Assembly: GCA_012959605.1 (NCBI GenBank) | Contig: DUCU01000092.1 | Coordinates: 7,620-71,619, forward strand | DNA from: Dehalococcoidia bacterium | GTDB taxonomy: Bacteria; Chloroflexota; Dehalococcoidia; Lucifugimonadales; UBA3495 | DNA length: 64,000 bases | Direction: 5' to 3' | Shown: positions 62,767 to 64,000 of the stretch, one piece after another | Layout of the letters: each line of letters starts with the position of its first letter | Numbering within the stretch: the stretch's first letter is position 1 | Made by a program: the position numbers and the translations under genes | The notes under the pieces: generated by a model | Seen by the model: only the letters and a program-made list of their open reading frames with translations | What the model was told of the DNA's origin: nothing | The model's database searches: none

Positions 62767-64000
62767 TGATGAACGCCGATGTCCAATCTGGGAAATTTCC
62801 TAAGCTGATACAGGCGGCAATAGACGCATTCAGCCTCCCTGATTTGCGTGCCAAAATCCTATTTACCTTGGCTATTTTGGCTCTGTACCGCTTCGTAGCC
62901 CATATTCCCCTCCCGGGCATTGATCAAGTACAGTTAGATAACCTTTTCAGGAACAACGAGCTCCTGGGCTTTTTAGACCTGTTCAGCGGCGGCGCACTGA
63001 GCCGGATGAGCATCGTTGCCTTGGGCGTGTTCCCGTACATCACATCGTCCATCATCATCCAGTTGCTTACCCCGGTCATTCCGCAATTACAGGACATGGC
63101 CAAGGAAGGCGAGTCAGGCCGGGCCAAGATGAACCGGCTAACCCACTGGATTACTATTCCCATCGCATTCGCTCAAGGTTATGGGCAACTGGTGCTCTTG
63201 GAACAGAGCAACGTTATCGCTGATGTGGGATTCTCCGGAGACGCCCTGTTGCCCACTTTGGCAGCCCTGTTTTCCATCGCCGCCGGAACCATGTTCCTGG
63301 TGTGGCTGGGGGAGATGATTACGGAAAGAGGCATCGGAAACGGTATTTCGCTCCTGATTTTCGCCGGTATCGTAGCCGGTTTTCCCCGTCTTCTAACCCA
63401 GGGATTCTTGGACCGAGACAACGTACTAGGTATCGGCTTCTTCGCCTTAATTGGCGTGATAATCATCGCCTCCATCGTGCTGTTCAATGAGGCACACCGG
63501 CGTATCCCGGTGCAATACGGCCGCAGTATATTTAGGGGCGGCAGGATGTACCGGCAAAGCGGCGCTACTTACCTACCGTTGCGCATAAATTCAGCGGGCA
63601 TGATTCCTTTGATCTTTGCTTTCTCTATTGTGATTCTTCCTGGAACAATTGCGACGTACTTTGCCACAAACACAACGTTCATCGGCGACATCGCAAACTT
63701 CTTTGCTGACTTGCTGATACCGACCTCGCCCATCTATTGGGTAATGGTGTTTGTATTGGTGGTGATCTTCACTTTCTTCTACACCCTGGTGGTGTTCAAC
63801 CAGCAGCAGCTGGCTGAGAACTTACAGAAGAATGGCGGCTTCGTATTGGGTATCCGGCCGGGTAAGCCGACCCAAGACTACCTGAACCGAGTTATCGTAC
63901 GCATAACACTGGGTGGTGCCCTGTTCTTGGGTACCATTGCGATTATGCCGTATATTGCCTCGCTCATCACCGGTGTGCAGGCCATATCACTGAGCAGCAC
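62766..64000 (+). CDS. secY: Preprotein translocase subunit SecY (3'-truncated by window end)
   Basis: An ATG overlapping the rplO TAA opens a frame that runs to the window end: 'MMNADVQSGKFPKLIQAAIDAFSLPDLRAKILFTLAILALYRFVAHIPLPGID...'. It is absent from the ORF track because no stop is reached. Confidence 0.9.
   Translation, partial: MMNADVQSGKFPKLIQAAIDAFSLPDLRAKILFTLAILALYRFVAHIPLPGIDQVQLDNLFRNNELLGFLDLFSGGALSRMSIVALGVFPYITSSIIIQLLTPVIPQLQDMAKEGESGRAKMNRLTHWITIPIAFAQGYGQLVLLEQSNVIADVGFSGDALLPTLAALFSIAAGTMFLVWLGEMITERGIGNGISLLIFAGIVAGFPRLLTQGFLDRDNVLGIGFFALIGVIIIASIVLFNEAHRRIPVQYGRSIFRGGRMYRQSGATYLPLRINSAGMIPLIFAFSIVILPGTIATYFATNTTFIGDIANFFADLLIPTSPIYWVMVFVLVVIFTFFYTLVVFNQQQLAENLQKNGGFVLGIRPGKPTQDYLNRVIVRITLGGALFLGTIAIMPYIASLITGVQAISLSS

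Noticed and set aside
1-64000. tRNA, rRNA, tmRNA, RNase P, IS elements, integrases, toxin-antitoxin or defence systems
   Set aside because: Scanning by eye found no T-loop (GTTCGAATC-type) contexts with acceptor stems, no rRNA-like stretches, no RNase P/tmRNA cores and no transposase or integrase-like ORFs. Absence is by inspection only and should be confirmed with tRNAscan-SE, Infernal and ISEScan.

Overview
This is a 64-kb chromosomal window of mid-to-high GC. I found no rRNA, tRNA, CRISPR array or recognisable IS/transposase. All family calls come from motif recognition by eye; no BLAST, HMM or Rfam search was run.

Gene content, left to right:
1. 560-6263 (minus strand): an FMN alpha-hydroxy-acid dehydrogenase, a three-gene 2-oxoacid:ferredoxin oxidoreductase with fused gamma-delta subunits, and a GntR/FadR-type regulator with a perfect palindromic operator.
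2. A geranylgeranyl-reductase-like flavoprotein, an NfeD-SPFH pair, a twice-frameshifted hpf, a DUF429 gene and meaB.
3. A complete CysRS fused to a GT2 glycosyltransferase domain, an MgtC gene remnant, a tandem-fused family III CoA-transferase, and a run of catabolic-type enzymes (Gfo/Idh/MocA, DAO-type flavoprotein, ThDP enzyme, crotonase). This run includes a cyclophilin-like gene whose conserved core is out of frame.
4. hisZ-hisG-(foreign gene)-hisD-hisC-hisB.
5. Two SDR genes, one with all catalytic signatures lost, then birA and glyQS.
6. A cobalt-chelatase/transport string: cbiE-like, cobN, a small unknown ORF, a cobalamin riboswitch with terminator, an Opp/Nik-type binding protein with two permeases but no ATPases, and a ChlI-ChlD fusion.
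7. The str-S10-spc ribosomal protein cluster from rpsL to a partial secY. It lacks tuf, and L4, S17 and L5 carry long low-complexity extensions.

Most worth a second look are the riboswitch-split cobN/ChlID/transporter locus, the CysRS-GT2 fusion, the fused CoA-transferase, the SDR pseudoenzyme, the compensated frameshifts and the r-protein extensions. Gene content resembles marine Chloroflexota-type heterotrophs, but taxonomy cannot be established from this window alone.
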